A DNA stretch of 53,876 nt from Girardia tigrina. Its lineage: Eukaryota. Position numbers and translations under genes: made by a program. Positions 51,701-53,876 of this stretch are shown here, piece by piece (the first letter of the stretch is position 1; each line of letters starts with the position of its first letter). The stretch covers positions 10,036 through 63,911 of the forward strand of contig MQRK01248817.1 of assembly GCA_001938485.1 (NCBI GenBank), written 5' to 3'. The notes beneath the pieces are model-generated. The model did no database searches. It was not told the DNA's origin and saw only the letters and a program-made list of their open reading frames with translations.

Positions 51701-52539
51701 AATAGGAAAATTTATTAATTTCACGATAACGATTTCCCTTACAGTTCATACAAGATTTCTGAGTATGAAAACAGAAATAAAAACATAATTTAATTAATTT
51801 TAACAATTTATTTAAATTTAATTTTTTTAAAAGTTTTAAAACAAGTTTTTTTGAGGTTATTATTTTTTTTAATCATTAAAGTAAAATATTCCCAATAAGA
51901 CTAATTACTTTATGAATCATAATTATTTATATATTGATCATTTTCTTATTTATTAAAAAATAATTTTTATAAATAAAAATATAAAGCATGGTAAGTGGTA
52001 CTTAGTAATCCGAATGAGAATGATAATTAATTTGTGGATACACTTTAGTTTCATTTTTAACATCTCGAGGGATGGGGTTTGTGTAAGGGAAATGCCGAGA
52101 AAATTTATTCAAATTCTAATAAAATATAATCTCAAAGTTGAATTTGAAAGATGATGCCAAGTTTTTCTTGATATATTTAAAATTTCCTACATCGTTTTTT
52201 TACTGAATTCTACAAACTTAAGGATTGGGAATCTTCAACAAATATTCAAGAAAGCTTGTTTGCTAGGGTTAGTTTTCCAGAGGGAAAATGCGCATCCAAG
52301 AGAGAATTAATCATCGAATAAGAAGCATATTAATTTAATAGTTATGAATTTAATTATTTGATGTGATTAACATATGATTAACCTAGTTTTATTAATTTAG
52401 ATTCATTTGTCGCAGTATCATATGAGGATTGAGGAAAATTCAACTCCAGGACTCATTCTTTATTAACCGCCTTACCCCTTTGAACTAGCTTGACTCGTCA
52501 TCAGAAAACAAGACGATTCACGCTCGTTTATATAAAAAT

Positions 52540-53640
52540 ACAATTGGGTAATGGGACAATTGGGTGATGGGAAGATTTGGTAATGGGAAATTAAATAAAT
52601 TAAATAATGGACAAAATTATTGACAAAATAATTGAAAAAACAGGAAAGAAATATTTTAAAACATTTATTATCAACACTATGGCATACCTTCCATTGATTA
52701 TTGAAGATTAGCCAACCTCCTCAAAAATTTGATCTTGTTAGGTTTATTAGCATAGGTTCGTACTTCTTCAGCAACTAGAAAATTTAGCTCAACACATATT
52801 CTTTAACTTAGTCTCTTGTCGACCTCCATGAACATTGGCAAGTGTCAGTCGATGACAAGCAATATCCTTTTGGAGGCTATCAAACAGGAACCATACTGCA
52901 GTTGGTTGTTTTTGGTGATCCATCTGCCGCCGCATCAAAGTAGTTCCAAAAAGCAATTGAAGATGAAGGATTTCTTCCACCTGGACCCTCAATGTAAGTA
53001 GTAGAAAAGTAGCTGAGTATCCTCACCAGGAAACTCTAGAATAAGTGTTCTGTAGAAATGGACAACATCATTTGGTTGAAAAAATATAAGAGCAGCCACT
53101 GATTTGATTCTGACTTTGATATCATGATCCGAATCAAACTCAGTTTTCAATCCAACTGAAACAACGTTCATAACAAGGCTGACACAAGTGAAAATAACAT
53201 CCTTTAATTTCAGTAGCAGGAAATGCTTCCTGTGCTGTTAATTTACAAGCTTTTCTTAAGTCAATAAAGATTTTCTCAGGAGACAAGTTTGGAAAAAGGT
53301 CTTTCAGTATAATAAACATTCATCTATATGTCTCTTGATTGTTTTCTGAGAAGGAAATAAATGCAAGGTGGGTATGAATTTCCAACCTTTTCATGTCATG
53401 ATAGAACATACAGGGTGGTTTGTCAAATGTGCCATCTCCAAGTATTTTGTGTTTTGTCCAACACCGCCAGAAGATCTGTTGTGTTTTATATTATTATTTT
53501 AATTTTATTAACTTTTGTACTGTGAGAGTTCCCATTTGACCCAACATATTATTTGGATATGTCTCTCCGCAAAGTGTCCCTAACTCACACTTATTAGAGA
53601 TCCATATCGTACCCAATCAACCCCATCTGACCATTTGATC
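52540..53640 (-). mobile_element. Mutator-like element (MULE) with a pseudogenised transposase
   Basis: Minus strand reads GDGTFDKPP, QEAFPATEIKGCYFHLCQ (GCxFH motif) and WNYFD..DGSPKTTN. The termini carry repeated TTGGGT(A/G)ATGGG motifs at 52544-52590 and complementary CCCA-rich motifs at ~53530-53640. Confidence 0.85.
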
Positions 53641-53760
53641 TCGCCAGTGAAGTTGATGAAGTACCTATTGGGTTCTACATTATATTTAAATATATTAGGT
53701 CTATGAAAGTTAACTTATACTACTTCTATTTAATTAATGATTATCTTATTTTTTCCTCAT

Positions 53761-53870
53761 GTTGGGACCCGTGAGTTTTTCCTTCGCGTCAGCCCCGGGC
53801 CTATTCATTGCACCGGCACCGAGGCAGGCAAAGGAAAAACTCCCTAAATAAAAAAAAACAACAAAAAAAT
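53761..53870 (+). repeat. GC-rich stem-loop followed by an A-rich tail; probable 3' end of a truncated LINE/SINE
   Basis: A perfect 12-bp stem GAGTTTTTCCTT / AAGGAAAAACTC encloses an inner CCGG-GC..GC-A-CCGG stem, followed by TAAATAAAAAAAAAC. Confidence 0.5.
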
Positions 53871-53876
53871 AAAACA

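Overview
This is very AT-rich eukaryotic (invertebrate metazoan) genomic DNA with short 52-74 nt introns, (TA)n microsatellites and five N-gaps. The intron sizes and repeat content are compatible with a triclad flatworm, but the organism cannot be fixed from the sequence. Two host genes can be read, both on the minus strand. One is the first two coding exons of a BRE1 (RNF20/40) H2B ubiquitin ligase, running off the left edge. The other is a complete 14-coding-exon COE/Collier/EBF transcription factor gene (37900-42487, 578 aa by manual splicing, single-H2 invertebrate-type HLH). The rest is mostly decayed transposons: two Ty3/gypsy remnants, three or four mariners, Tc1/IS630-type elements, several hAT elements, a MULE, pogo-like MITEs, a Helitron-like insert and nested LTR-type inserts with clear target-site duplications. 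Non-repetitive islands between them are candidate cis-regulatory elements for coe. The most striking unannotated structure is a ~0.95-kb unit between two (TA)n tracts upstream of coe. It carries two inverted, core-intact minimal type I hammerhead ribozymes and a Penelope-like endonuclease tail.
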